A stretch of 62,897 nt of DNA, the filler included, from Aduncisulcus paluster (taxonomy: Eukaryota), in assembly GCA_024181965.1 (NCBI GenBank). It is 10 parts of 10 records of this genome, joined end to end, with 100 filler letters (N's around TTAATTAATTAA, not from the genome) between each part and the next. Parts side by side here need not be neighbours in the genome. Positions count along the whole stretch, not along the records: positions 1 to 5,543 come from BQXS01011358.1; positions 5,644 to 8,817 come from BQXS01011359.1; positions 8,918 to 12,053 come from BQXS01011360.1; 7 more parts are not named here. One strand, given 5' to 3'. Both the position numbers and the translations under genes were made by a program. Under the pieces are notes generated by a model that saw only the letters and a list, made by a program, of their open reading frames with translations, was not told the origin of the DNA and did not search any database. This document shows, in pieces, positions 1-11,199 of the stretch (the stretch's first letter is position 1; the number at the start of each line of letters is the position of its first letter).

Positions 1-480
1 CTGGTCCAGAAAAGGCCGAACAATCTCCTCGGAAAATAGACGCTTTGAGTTCATAGATATTCGTTCAATAATATTATTGTCGAAAACTTTTTTAAAGCAA
101 TCAAATTTATTGAAAATAAAACAGATGGAGACTCTGATCTAAAAATAGATCATGAGAATCTAACAATCATCTTATTATATTAAAGGATTAAGAATGTTTT
201 ATTTTTTGGTTCCGGTTTGGTTTCAAATCCAAAAACTGGGAATTTATATTTTATTTCAAAATAGTAAATTTGCTCCAAGCATAAATTCTGTAGAACAGCT
301 AACACGTTATGGATTTGTAAAATTTGGTACTACCAATGGTAGTATAACACTCTCACGGCCAGTGAGAAAGGATTTTCAAATTCCAATTTTCCGAAAATGA
401 TTTTCGTAACTTTGACAAATTTTAAGAAACTTAGAAGTTGTCATTTTGAATAAGTGTTGAAAGTTTCAACTTGAAACCAT

Positions 481-3400
481 TTATTTACAATTACTCAAGT
501 ATTTGGCATAACTTGAAAGTAAACCTCCATTCACCTTGCACCAATCCATTTGCTCATCATATCTTGGATATATGTAAGGAACAATAGCTGGAACAGTGGA
601 GAACATCGAAATGAGTTCAGACCAGAATTTAATTCCCCATTTATGTCTTCTACTCTTCAATGAATCAAACCATCCATCAAGAATCTCCCTGACATTATCG
701 TATACTTCCAAGGCATGCGATACATCACAACATAAGTTGGAAAAGAATCGCAGAACCTTTTCATGATTATCCACGATAATTTTATCCCCAACGAATTCTT
801 TCTTGACAATATCAACAACCGAGTGGAAGAAAGGCCATATTTCAGAACATATGGATCCGTTAGGAGTTATAAAATCACTTGATAGTGTAATTTGCGAAAA
901 AATACCAACCCATTCTCCATAACACTTACTATCATCATATATCCTCCACCAATCTGTAAAATATGGCTTGATAAGGGTGAGAATAGAGGATCCAACGTGG
1001 GAAGAAATCGAGATATTTTTTATGGCCTTTAATAATTCTATCGCAATATTACCCCCCAACTTTTTCTTACTTCCTCTCTCAAGAATTCGTTGGAGAGTGG
1101 GAAAGATCTTTGGAAGAAAATAGGCCTTTTTATCTTTCACTTTACCAGCATAATTTACACAGAGGACACAAAACTCTTCATCAATATTTTCTCCCAATAT
1201 TTCTTCAACTCTTGAAAGATGAACAATGAAAGTGTCAATAAGATCATTAAAATCAGGAACAGGGAAATATATTTTTGTTTTTGAGGGATAAATAGTATGT
1301 CTAGTAAACTTTCTTAGACATTGAACACAAAGACCAATCTCTTTCTTGTGCTCTTCAATCTCACTCTTTGATTGGAATGCAAGGAAGACAGAAAGAATCT
1401 CATCTCGATGTTTATGGTAGAGTTTGGAAGTTGATTCTAAATCAGGACTTTTCTTAATTTTCTCCTCGAGTAAATCATCCAAATCAAGAGTACTGACAAA
1501 CTTTCCCAAAACAGAAGATATTTGAGGAATTCGTTTTGTTTCAAATGCTTTAACTTTCTGTTCCGCTGCTATGATAATTCGAACCAAATATTTTGATATT
1601 GAACTCGCCCCATGTTTTCCACCAGATTCTTTAATATCATCTAACTTGCTCAATTCAGCTTCAACTCGAATCATTGGTGTCAAAAAGGTCTCAACCAATT
1701 CTTTGAGAGAGGATTCACCAAGTGTCAACATAGAACAATCATCACATTCATCATCATCACAAGAGCCAGAAGATGAACAAGCACATTCATGCCGGACAAA
1801 TAAGGATAAACATTCGAAACAAAGCGTGAATAGAGCTCTATCAGATGCAAGAGAAGAGGATGAATCTCCAATGGGGTTTGAGAAGAATTGCTTGTGATAC
1901 CATTCCTCAAAAATATTCAGAATTCGAGGAGAAGATGCTTTGAAAAGGGAGCTGACAGAAGCTTGAGATGAAGTGTGTTGAATGTCTTCGACTAATGTTC
2001 GGAGCTCATGAACCGAATATGGTCGCATAACTTTCTTCAAATCTTCTTTTTCTTCTTTTTTAGAAGCACTTGAACTTACACTTTTTGGTGTCTTGGATTC
2101 TGATGGACGACTCAAACTCAAACCATCATCCCAATTTGGTTTTAACACAACACTTTGAATTGAAGCATCTTCCTCAACAATACATCCAGGATCACCTTTA
2201 TGCTTGGCAAGCTGAGCCTTCACAATATCGTCAATGGATGGACATTTCCACCCTTCTCCAATCTTTGGAAGAAGAGGTTTGATGGATTGAACTTTCTCAG
2301 ATGCTTCATGAACACTCATACGTTCATCAATGTCAACCTTTGTCAATCCTTCGAATATTTCATTCAGACAGGAATAAACAGGCTTGAACTTACCACCTTC
2401 AATGATTTTTAGAGTTCTGAAAACACGGGATTTGGAGAGTTTTGGACCCATATCACTTTCAATCACCTCTTTGAGTTTCTTGGCAAATAGAATCTCCGAC
2501 TCAATTCCTTGTAACACTTTCATTTGAAGGAAAGGATCCTGACCCTCGAAGACTGCGAACAGGGTCAGCCCGAGTGAGTAAGCATCGCTCTCTTGGCTTT
2601 GAATTCCTTCGAGAGCCTCACAAGAGTTGTACACAAGCGTGCCACAGATGGAACGTTTATATTTGTGTTTAGCTTCAGTATCTTCAGACTTGGATATATC
2701 AACAAAGCTCTTGGAAGTCGTGGAAGAGGAGATGGAGTCTTGGATCTGAGCAAGACCGAGATCAGAGAGAACAATGATGCAATCGATTGTCTTGGGTTCA
2801 ACACGAACAAGGAAGTTGTCAGGCTTAATGTCTCGGTGAATAAGGTCGGGCTTGGCTTTGAACACTTCGGAAAGACACTCGATCATTCCAACACACAATG
2901 CACTCACTCTCAGAGGATCAAGAGTCAAGGGGTCAATGCGAGTGGAGCTTGAGTCAGAGTCAGAGTCAGAGCTTGAATCGGAGTCAGAGCTTGAATCGGA
3001 GTCAGAGCTTGAATCAGAGTCAGAGCTTGAGTCTTCAGATTCAACTGAGGAGCTTGAACATCCACACCCATACTTGCCTCCAATACACCAACTCTTAGCA
3101 AACTCTTTCACACTGCCTCCAATACAAAACTCCATGCAAAACCCATACACACCTTTGTAGTCCTCGTCAAGAAGGTCAAGGATGTAGATGGGGCGAGGGA
3201 TACGGTTGAAACATTTAGGGTTCATGAACAGCTTCACTTGGATCTTAAACTCCTTGCGACACGCTTTGACAACGGCCTTGTCACCGACTTGAAGAAGTTT
3301 CTTCAGAACACACGGTTGAGAAACACCGTCAATACTCACAATATAGACCGAGCCGAACCCTCCTTTGCCACAGTAACTCAAGGCTTTGATACCAGACGCA

Positions 3401-3489
3401 GAGATGAGGGTCTTGTCATCTTTTTTACGTTTGTGACCAAATAATTTTGAAGATTTAGACGGTTTAGTTTTAGATTTGTCTTTTTCCAT
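481..3489 (-). CDS. Ser/Thr protein kinase (N-terminal) fused to lineage-specific helical-repeat C-terminal region, 1002 aa
   Basis: GKGGFG, VLK, HRDIKPDN, DLG (for DFG), GTLVYNSCE, DAYSLG; C-terminal ~330 aa aligns by eye with ORF 48044-50140. Confidence 0.9.
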   Translation of the reverse strand: MEKDKSKTKPSKSSKLFGHKRKKDDKTLISASGIKALSYCGKGGFGSVYIVSIDGVSQPCVLKKLLQVGDKAVVKACRKEFKIQVKLFMNPKCFNRIPRPIYILDLLDEDYKGVYGFCMEFCIGGSVKEFAKSWCIGGKYGCGCSSSSVESEDSSSDSDSSSDSDSSSDSDSSSDSDSDSSSTRIDPLTLDPLRVSALCVGMIECLSEVFKAKPDLIHRDIKPDNFLVRVEPKTIDCIIVLSDLGLAQIQDSISSSTTSKSFVDISKSEDTEAKHKYKRSICGTLVYNSCEALEGIQSQESDAYSLGLTLFAVFEGQDPFLQMKVLQGIESEILFAKKLKEVIESDMGPKLSKSRVFRTLKIIEGGKFKPVYSCLNEIFEGLTKVDIDERMSVHEASEKVQSIKPLLPKIGEGWKCPSIDDIVKAQLAKHKGDPGCIVEEDASIQSVVLKPNWDDGLSLSRPSESKTPKSVSSSASKKEEKEDLKKVMRPYSVHELRTLVEDIQHTSSQASVSSLFKASSPRILNIFEEWYHKQFFSNPIGDSSSSLASDRALFTLCFECLSLFVRHECACSSSGSCDDDECDDCSMLTLGESSLKELVETFLTPMIRVEAELSKLDDIKESGGKHGASSISKYLVRIIIAAEQKVKAFETKRIPQISSVLGKFVSTLDLDDLLEEKIKKSPDLESTSKLYHKHRDEILSVFLAFQSKSEIEEHKKEIGLCVQCLRKFTRHTIYPSKTKIYFPVPDFNDLIDTFIVHLSRVEEILGENIDEEFCVLCVNYAGKVKDKKAYFLPKIFPTLQRILERGSKKKLGGNIAIELLKAIKNISISSHVGSSILTLIKPYFTDWWRIYDDSKCYGEWVGIFSQITLSSDFITPNGSICSEIWPFFHSVVDIVKKEFVGDKIIVDNHEKVLRFFSNLCCDVSHALEVYDNVREILDGWFDSLKSRRHKWGIKFWSELISMFSTVPAIVPYIYPRYDEQMDWCKVNGGLLSSYAKYLSNCK
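2945..3033 (-). repeat. 18-nt coding tandem repeat encoding (SSSDSD)n inside the kinase domain
   Basis: GAGCTTGAATCGGAGTCA-like unit repeated about 4-5 times. Confidence 0.9.
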
Positions 3490-3791
3490 ACGATCAATAG
3501 AGAGTAAAGGAACGATCGACTAAAATATTCAATAAGAGATATAAATGGTATTAGAGTATACAAATTACAAACGATAAATGATTGAGATGCAATTGATTAG
3601 CAGACTATAGGACAAAAAAGGGTGAAATGGAGAGATTGTTGAGGAATATGCAAAAAAACAAAAAAGATAAATAAATACAGATTAAATGGAACTAAAATAT
3701 TTTAAAAAATCGAATAACATACTTAAATCTGGCCGATCAATAGAAAATTTACCAAGGGATGTAACGAAAAGCGAAACCATTGGTTAAACCA

Positions 3792-4276
3792 TGTAAGCAA
3801 TTCTGATTGCTTGAAAATGGAAATTGATTTTATTTGAAACAGTAAATTTGGCCCCTTTCATATTCTTGAAAGATCTAAAATAATATTATTTAGTGCATTA
3901 TAATTGAAAATTTTTTTTTAATTTGTAATTTAATATGGGAAAGAAAAGAAGAGCAAGAGAGACGGCAGAGCGCAATTTGGGCGGCTCTGGGATGTCTATG
4001 ATTGACTCGGCGCTCACTGGAGCCCAGACGCCGATTAGCAAAAGACCGCTAGAGCTAGATCTAGATCAGGATACCCCTGTTAGGGATGAGGTCGGAAAAA
4101 GTGAACGAGAAGAGGATCAAAGTGTTAAAAAAATGATGGAAGAAACGTTAGGAAAAATTATGATGAAGTTAGGCAGGATGGAAGAGGAAAATGAGAGAAG
4201 ATTTGCAGAGTTAGAAATGAGATTAGAAAGTGCTGGAAATAAGCTTGAGCAGTCCCCTGATGTGGATGTAGAAGAA
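3792..4276 (+). mobile_element. Copy 1 of a repeated element (putative LTR-retrotransposon 5' end plus gag-like ORF from 3935), cut by an N gap
   Basis: Near-identical to 4804-5287; identity starts sharply at TGTAAGCAAT with different left flanks. Confidence 0.55.
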
Positions 4277-4296
4277 NNNNNNNNNNNNNNNNNNNN

Positions 4297-4395
4297 CTTT
4301 GAAGTTTTCTCACTACGTTTCACACGTTTAGTTTCACTTTTAGAAGGTTTCTTAGCACTACCACTTATAATATCACCGGCGTCACTAGGGTTCAT
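4297..4395 (-). CDS. 5' fragment of an unknown ORF (MNPSDAGDIISGSAKKPSKSETKRVKR...), runs into N gap
   Basis: ATG at 4395, open to the gap; basic N-terminus; too short to classify. Confidence 0.3.
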
Positions 4396-4803
4396 CACAA
4401 TCACTGAAAGTACTCACTTGTCACACAACACACAAAAATAAGGTAATTTAAGATAATTTTGATCAAAATGTGGTGTTACCTTAGTTATAAGAATAAAACC
4501 AATCTTAGCAAGACTATGCTTGAAGACAATTTACTGTTTAAGATGAATCAGAATCTCGTTGAAGAAATCAATTAATCAATAATCGAATCAACAATGAAAT
4601 ATAAATAAAATAAATATAAATTAAATAAAATAAATAAAATAATTATAAAACAAATAAATAAATAATAATATATATCAAAGATTGAGAAAAATTAGAACAT
4701 CACCACAATATGATAATTTTAACAAAGAGTATCACAACAATCATCGAACATGAAGTGAGTTTCAAGGAGGAAATGACGACAAGAACAAAAAAGAACAGCC
4801 AGC

Positions 4804-5543
4804 TGTAAGCAATTCTGATTGCTTGAAAATGGAAATTGATTTTATTTGAAACAGTAAATTTGGCCCCTTTCATATTCTTGAAAGATCTAAAATAATATTA
4901 TTTAGTGCATTATAATTGAAAATTTTTTTTAATTTGTAATTTAATATGGGAAAGAAAAGAAGAGCAAGAGAGACGGCAGAGCGCAATTTGGGCGGCTCTG
5001 GGATGTCTATGATTGACTCGGCGCTCACTGGAGCCCAGACGCCGATTAGCAAAAGACCGCTAGAGCTAGATCTAGATCAGGATACCCCTGTTAGGGATGA
5101 GGTCGGAAAAAGTGAACGAGAAGAGGATCAAAGTGTTAAAAAAATGATGGAAGAAACGTTAGGAAAAATTATGATGAAGTTAGGCAGGATGGAAGAGGAA
5201 AATGAGAGAAGATTTGCAGAGTTAGAAATGAGATTAGAAAGTGCTGGAAATAAGCTTGAGCAGTCCCCTGATGTGGATGTAGAAGAAGAAGAGGAAGAAA
5301 AGAGCAATGATGAAGAGTCTAAGGGGGAAAAGGAGGTATCAAAGTTATCGTTGGGACATTTAAAATCCAAGATCATGTTGGGTGACGGAAACCCGATTGT
5401 GCAGTCCCAAGCAGGCGATTCCGAAGTTTTGACTCAACTGTTACCGGTAGAAAGTCCTCCAGTTCTGGAAATATTTGAGAAATCCGAATATCTGTTGTTT
5501 ATCAGAAAGTTTCGGGAGTACAAAAGACGAGGAGGAAGATTGG
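4804..5543 (+). mobile_element. Copy 2 of the repeated element, truncated by contig end
   Basis: Same TGTAAG left boundary; ORF from 4946 open to contig end. Confidence 0.55.
4946..5543 (+). CDS. Putative gag-like ORF (partial): basic N-terminus, coiled coil, acidic linker, PPVL...FIRKFREYKRRGG helix
   Basis: Inside the repeated element; purine-rich, with codon use (TTA/AGA/GAA) unlike e.g. the clathrin gene; no pol domains visible. Confidence 0.45.
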
Positions 5544-5643
5544 NNNNNNNNNNNNNNNNNNNNNNNNNNNNNNNNNNNNNNNNNNNNTTAATTAATTAAN
5601 NNNNNNNNNNNNNNNNNNNNNNNNNNNNNNNNNNNNNNNNNNN
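5544..5643. other. Artificial contig spacer N44-TTAATTAATTAA-N44; also at 8818-8917, 12054-12153, 15356-15455, 22035-22134, 31196-31295, 50143-50242, 54800-54899, 59384-59483
   Basis: Identical 100-nt spacer with a six-frame stop 12-mer, nine times. Confidence 0.99.
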
Positions 5644-7863
5644 GAAGTGAATTGCTCTTGTTCAGAACGTATTAATTTCAATGATGAGGCAAAAAGGATG
5701 TTACATGCTTCTCCATTGACATTGGAAAATTGCACGAGTCTTGAAGGATCTGTCCTGAGCTCTGTTGCCATCAGTATCCAACGTATCATGGGAAATGACG
5801 GAAATGCCATGTTTGAGTCGAGTGTCCACGCTCTCCGTGACTCTCTCAAGAAATTGTGTAAGCTCAGTCTGAACTGTACAACCATGTGCGTTGGTATCAG
5901 AGTCTGTGAAGGTGTATGTGAGAGTATTTGTGATTCTGACGAAAGATCAAGAGAAGGTCCAGTAGTGAAACCTTCATATGGAAAGAATACATCATCCAAC
6001 ACAGAAAAAGCAGAAGAAGAAGAGTTCTCTTTGAGCGATAGTGATGAAGAGATTGATTTGCAAAAGAAACAACTTGATACCATGACAATCGGAGATGTTC
6101 AAGACCTTCAAACAGCTCCTCTATGTTCCATTTCTTTCTCTACACCATCTCTGATGGCATTATTAATGAGATATCCGGAAGATACAATTCTTCGGAATGC
6201 TGTTGCCAACAAACTCACTATCTGTCACTCTCTGGTTTGTCATGATGATGATGTTGAACCTGCTTTGTTATGGGACCATCTTATCCCTTCTTCCACACAC
6301 CATGGACATACCTTCTCTTCCTCTTCCACCCTGCACCCTTCCATGTTCCTTCCTTCCACCCCTTCACATCTGGTTGCCGCATTCACTCTAGTCCAGCACT
6401 TGACTTCAACTCACTCCTCTTTCTCAGCCACAAGCCTCATATCATTCATATCCAAGAAACTGCATGAAGCTGTGAAAAACGAGGAGATGGAACATGCTCA
6501 CCGCATCGATCCAATCTATAAGCTGGGTTCGTCCACATCAGACACTTCAGATTCAAGCCTTAGTATGACTTTGCATCGTCTTTGCACCTTATTAACCGTC
6601 TGTGCCCATGTATATGATGAACGTGTCTCCTTGGTAGGTTCTAACTTTTCTTCTCAAGCAAAGAATATGTATTCACAATCCACTGCACAAATATTGCATA
6701 GTGTTCGAACTGTGTTAAGCGATGGAGAGGCTAGTAATCTCATGAACTTTCCAACAACGTTCTCCCCATTGTTCTCATGTCTTTTGTCCTTGGTGACGTC
6801 AGAGTATCCTTCGATTTCAACGATGGCTCTAGGCTTCTTCCATTCCCTTGTGAATATAAGTACGTGCCGTCTTGTATTCGATTCCATTCTCCCTCTTATG
6901 GTTGGACAAGGTGTGTTACACCGCGAGGACCCAACTAAAACGGCAGATTCAAGTGATTCTAGGGAATATGACACTCCTGTGAAGACTGTCGAGATGCTCC
7001 ATGATCAGACCTTGGACCAACTTTCCTCTCCGCCACATTTACAACTTTTGGCCGGCGGAAAGTATGTGGACAGTGGCAAAGTTCAGGCCTCCATCCACAA
7101 TTTCACAGCTCTCCTCCAAGCTTTTGCTTCCCCCTCTTCCCCCTCTCTCTCTTCCGCTCCATTCTTGGCTGCGTTGCTGCATTCTCCTTCTTCCTCTTCA
7201 TTCCAGATGCTATCTTCCCTCTTCAAACACCTTCCATTTGCTGTGAATGGTTACTTGGACCTATTCTTCATCTCCTCACTTCTATATACTCTGACATTGC
7301 CCAACACTTCACTCTCTCTCTCCTCGACAAAGTTATTCGCACAATGTGTCGGTGTGTGCAATTCTGTGTGGTCTCAAGGATTGCCATGGAAACGTCACTC
7401 TCCAACGAGCACGACAGCTAATGGCTCATCCAAGAAAAAAGGAGGGAAAATCGAGGATGTCGTTGTGAGCAAAGATATGTACCAAATGTTGCATATTATG
7501 CAAGAGAAATACCAAAAGGATATGATGGAAGCCTGGTTACAGAAAGATGCGATTATCTCACAAATGATCCATGATCGAGCTCAGGCAGCTTCCGGAACAC
7601 GTGGTGAGCCATCAACTTCAGCTCCCCTATCAACAATGAATGTCCACTCGATCCAAACCAAACGGACTATCACTTCAATACCACTTTCCCACATGTACAC
7701 CATTCCTTCTTCCCCTCTCTCTTCCTCACCCGCTGCCACATCGGTGTCATCTGTGTCTATTTGTGGATGCATCCTCAGTTTCATGAGAATGAGTGCTTGT
7801 GTGAGTATTGTAATACCTTCTCTGTTCGGATGTGCCAAAGTGAAACCGGGCGATTCTCCTTCC

Positions 7864-7902
<39 letters not shown>

Positions 7903-8817
7903 GCTTTCCTGTGTTCCGCCTATTCTCTTCTTTCGTCTCTTCTCTCTTCTCTTGCGAGTCTGTGTGAAGAATATCCCGTGACTGTTTCGACTGTTATAAA
8001 CCATGAAGAGAAAGCAAGGAAGGCAAGAGAGAAAGAGGAATGGAGGTGGCGAGTCGAAATGGCAAAGGAACACCGTAAACTTGAAAAGGAATGGGTCAAG
8101 AAAGAATCCACCGTTCACGATAAACATAAGCATGGAAGTTCTGAGGTATCTCTATCTTTATTTGCTTCCTCTCCTCTCTTCATCTCTTCCTCTTGTGGCT
8201 CGGTTGCTCACCATCCTCTCTTCCTCTCTCTCTTCCATTCCTCTGTACTCTCTTCGCTCGTATCTCTTCTATTTGATCCAATTCACACCCAAAGTGCCTT
8301 CTCTCTTATTCAACAGATAACGCACTCCCTGTCTTCTTACGTGAAAGTATTCTCAGGGCGAGTGTCTGAAAAGAGTGAGTTGAATATTTTACAGTTGTTC
8401 TGTTCTGCCATGATCAGTCTTATATCGGCCAGAATATCTTCTCCCATTTCTCCTGCTATCTCTTCCATAATAACTCACAGACAGGGGACTCACGCGGGTC
8501 ATACAAAGCGTGACAGAAAGACAGTCTCAGATCCATCGTCTTCCTCTTCCTCTTCCTCTTGTTCCCTTTCCCTGAATCAACTTATCCTGATTGCTCAAGT
8601 GTTACATTCATGTGTGTCACTCTATACATTTTCTTCTCGATCCTCTCCTCCTCTATTGTCCCTTAACACCTTAGTCCCAAGTACCATTTTACTATTCTAT
8701 GTGTCGATGTTGTATGGTGGCGATTTGGATGAGTGTAGCATTGGTGTGAAGAGAAGAGGAGAGATTATACCTGGATCTGAGCATGCAACATTCCTCCCCA
8801 GTGGCCCAAAGCCAGAG
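5644..8817 (+). CDS. Internal fragment of a large Ser-rich, probably alpha-helical uncharacterised protein
   Basis: One open frame spans the whole contig (>1050 codons); no recognisable motif. Confidence 0.8.
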
Positions 8818-8919
8818 NNNNNNNNNNNNNNNNNNNNNNNNNNNNNNNNNNNNNNNNNNNNTTAATTAATTAANNNNNNNNNNNNNNNNNNNNNNNNNNN
8901 NNNNNNNNNNNNNNNNNCA

Positions 8920-10233
8920 CACAAGGAACTAATGGAATATTCAGCGTCGATTATCTCATTTTATCTTTTCTCAATGTTTCAAGATACCCTCGATGAACAA
9001 GGAGAAATGATGTGGCAAATGCTCAAAGAAGTTGGAAATAACACATATAATTATTCCATTGGAGAGTTTGCTCGGACTGCCCTCAACAAACACGCGACTA
9101 TTAGAAGCATCCTGCAAGAATTAGGAGTTAATCTGACTTTCAAGAGGAAGTTTCCAACAATATCGCGGGAAGAAATTGAATCTGAAGATGAAGAATTTCC
9201 AATTCCCACATTTGAGGATTCCATTCGTATTCAATCCATTCATCCAAAAATATCATTTTCTTCTTCATGTTCTGGCTATATCTCGACTCTTGGTGCCCTT
9301 CGAGCAGAAGCTAGAGATTTGGATCGGAGAGGAAAGCGTGTTGACTGGTTTAAACCCGGAAGTCACGACAGAAAGGCTGCTTCTGCTTCTTATATTAAAT
9401 TATTTGAAACATTTTTGGACATTTTCCCATTTATTAAACCCATTCTCGATCAAATTGGAATTATTATAACCGAAGACAAGGTGATTTTGCGAGATTTTGA
9501 CATTGATATCGAGAAATGTTCTCCAACCTCTCTAAGTTCTTGGTTAAAGTCATTCGAATTCAAAAAGAAGACCTTAATCTCCTCAATTAATCCGATTCCT
9601 CGCAATGGTTTCCAAATCCTCGAATTCTTCTGCTCCATTATGGTGGAACGGGCCCTTCAATTGAAAAGCAGGCATGAAGAGAATGGGCGAGCTGAGTATA
9701 GTCGGTGGAACAGAAGTGCTGGCATTCCAATATCATTAAATTCAACAGAGGCCTTTGCAATGTTTGTATCGGCTGATCTCATCTTGAATACAATAGCTGC
9801 CCAGTCGTCTCATAAAGAGAGTTCTTCACCACTTCTGATCGTAATATTGCGCAATATTGCCGAACTTACGTATTCTGCAAGTCAAGGGGATACAAATACT
9901 GAATGCAAGAATCTCATGCTTCAAATTATAAGCCTTAGTTCTTTAATTCATGGTTCTAAACACCCAATCACAGCCGAACAATTTCTGGCGACAGGTTTGA
10001 TGTTGAGGGAGTTGGGTGATGTTGAAAATGGAGTTAGATGGACAAGAAAAGCATTTTCTGCCTATTCTGATTTATTTGGAATTGAGGATTACCATACAAT
10101 CTTCACGTATCACGTTTTACTCAAGCTCGAGGTATCCATTGATAGCGGTTTTGAGAAACTCACTCCATTTGAGATGAAACAAGCCATTGACACGATAGAA
10201 TGGACATCCGAAGAAGAGTTTATATGGAAATAG
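8920..10233 (+). CDS. CLU/TIF31 (clueless)-like protein, C-terminal part (end of CLU-central domain plus TPRs), 5' truncated
   Basis: MWQMLKEVGNNTYNYSI...IRSILQELGVNL resembles the CLU-central end; HGSKHPITA and LFGIEDYHT are TPR linker motifs. Confidence 0.6.
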   Translation, partial: HKELMEYSASIISFYLFSMFQDTLDEQGEMMWQMLKEVGNNTYNYSIGEFARTALNKHATIRSILQELGVNLTFKRKFPTISREEIESEDEEFPIPTFEDSIRIQSIHPKISFSSSCSGYISTLGALRAEARDLDRRGKRVDWFKPGSHDRKAASASYIKLFETFLDIFPFIKPILDQIGIIITEDKVILRDFDIDIEKCSPTSLSSWLKSFEFKKKTLISSINPIPRNGFQILEFFCSIMVERALQLKSRHEENGRAEYSRWNRSAGIPISLNSTEAFAMFVSADLILNTIAAQSSHKESSSPLLIVILRNIAELTYSASQGDTNTECKNLMLQIISLSSLIHGSKHPITAEQFLATGLMLRELGDVENGVRWTRKAFSAYSDLFGIEDYHTIFTYHVLLKLEVSIDSGFEKLTPFEMKQAIDTIEWTSEEEFIWK

Positions 10234-10413
10234 CTTCATTATCATTATTAAAAAAAAAAAAAAAAAACAAGATCTATCATAAATGACTAATAATGAAAGA
10301 ATACAACAAGTTTTATATCTCACAATAATTAAAATAATAAACATCGAATTGGAAATACAACGGAGAAATAACCCTAGATTCCTCAAAAGAAGGAGATGGT
10401 ATTTGTTTGGGAG

Positions 10414-11199
10414 TTATGAAGAGAAAAGGTCTTTCATAACATCACACACAATAATACCACCATCGTCTTCAACGTTTTCATCGAGAGTATACCCAGGAAC
10501 ATGCATAAATAAGGAAGATATGGAATCAAACTCATAAGAGAGGTCGTTTCCAGTCTGAGTAAACATCAGGGATGAATAATACAAGTAATTACAGACAAAG
10601 GTTCCAGCATCAGTCCCAACAACCACATCAACAGTGGAGGGAATGCTCAATTGAGGATCAGATCGAATGGAGCTTTGCATATCAAAAACAGGGAAATCAG
10701 TGGATCTTGCAAAACCAAGAGGTTTTGAAGTTTCAATCAATTGTTCATATGGTTGATTTCCTTTCTGGTCGGGAACAGAAAAAGTGGCGTTGTTATGAGC
10801 ATAGTATTCCAAGCGAAAAGCAGGATAGCTATCGTAAAGTCCCATATGAATAAAATGCACATTAGCATACTTTTTTGAAAGATCTTTGAGATCGATTTGA
10901 TCAAAATATTCTTCAACCGCATCAATTGACACTTCTAATACACATGACTGAAGATCGTAAGTTTTTCCAAATCCATTTGGAAGATACTGATCAAAATACC
11001 CAGACTCAAATTTTTTAACAATATTTTGAGTGGGATTATTAGTAGTGGAAGCGAATTCAGAGAATCCAGTGAGATAAATCAGATTCTTTTTTCTGTTGGT
11101 TGTAAAAGCGATGACAATCCAAAGAATAAGCCCTATTGAAATAATTCCAATAAGAACGGTAAAAATAGATTTCTTTTGATCAACTGCTTGGTTGTTCAT
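10414..11199 (-). CDS. PGPEP1: Pyroglutamyl-peptidase I (C15 family) with N-terminal transmembrane anchor
   Basis: LTGFSEF..NPT, IHMG, FRLE (Glu), DAGTFVCNYLYY (Cys), FMHVP (His); first ATG at 11199. Confidence 0.9.
   Translation of the reverse strand: MNNQAVDQKKSIFTVLIGIISIGLILWIVIAFTTNRKKNLIYLTGFSEFASTTNNPTQNIVKKFESGYFDQYLPNGFGKTYDLQSCVLEVSIDAVEEYFDQIDLKDLSKKYANVHFIHMGLYDSYPAFRLEYYAHNNATFSVPDQKGNQPYEQLIETSKPLGFARSTDFPVFDMQSSIRSDPQLSIPSTVDVVVGTDAGTFVCNYLYYSSLMFTQTGNDLSYEFDSISSLFMHVPGYTLDENVEDDGGIIVCDVMKDLFSS

Noticed and set aside
5588-5599. Recurrent TTAATTAATTAA as a biological repeat or site
   Set aside because: Always centred in 44+44 Ns; artificial six-frame-stop linker
10249-10278. 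Poly-A followed by AGATCTATC (similar near 17027-17050) as a retroposon tail
   Set aside because: No shared upstream body or target-site duplication seen
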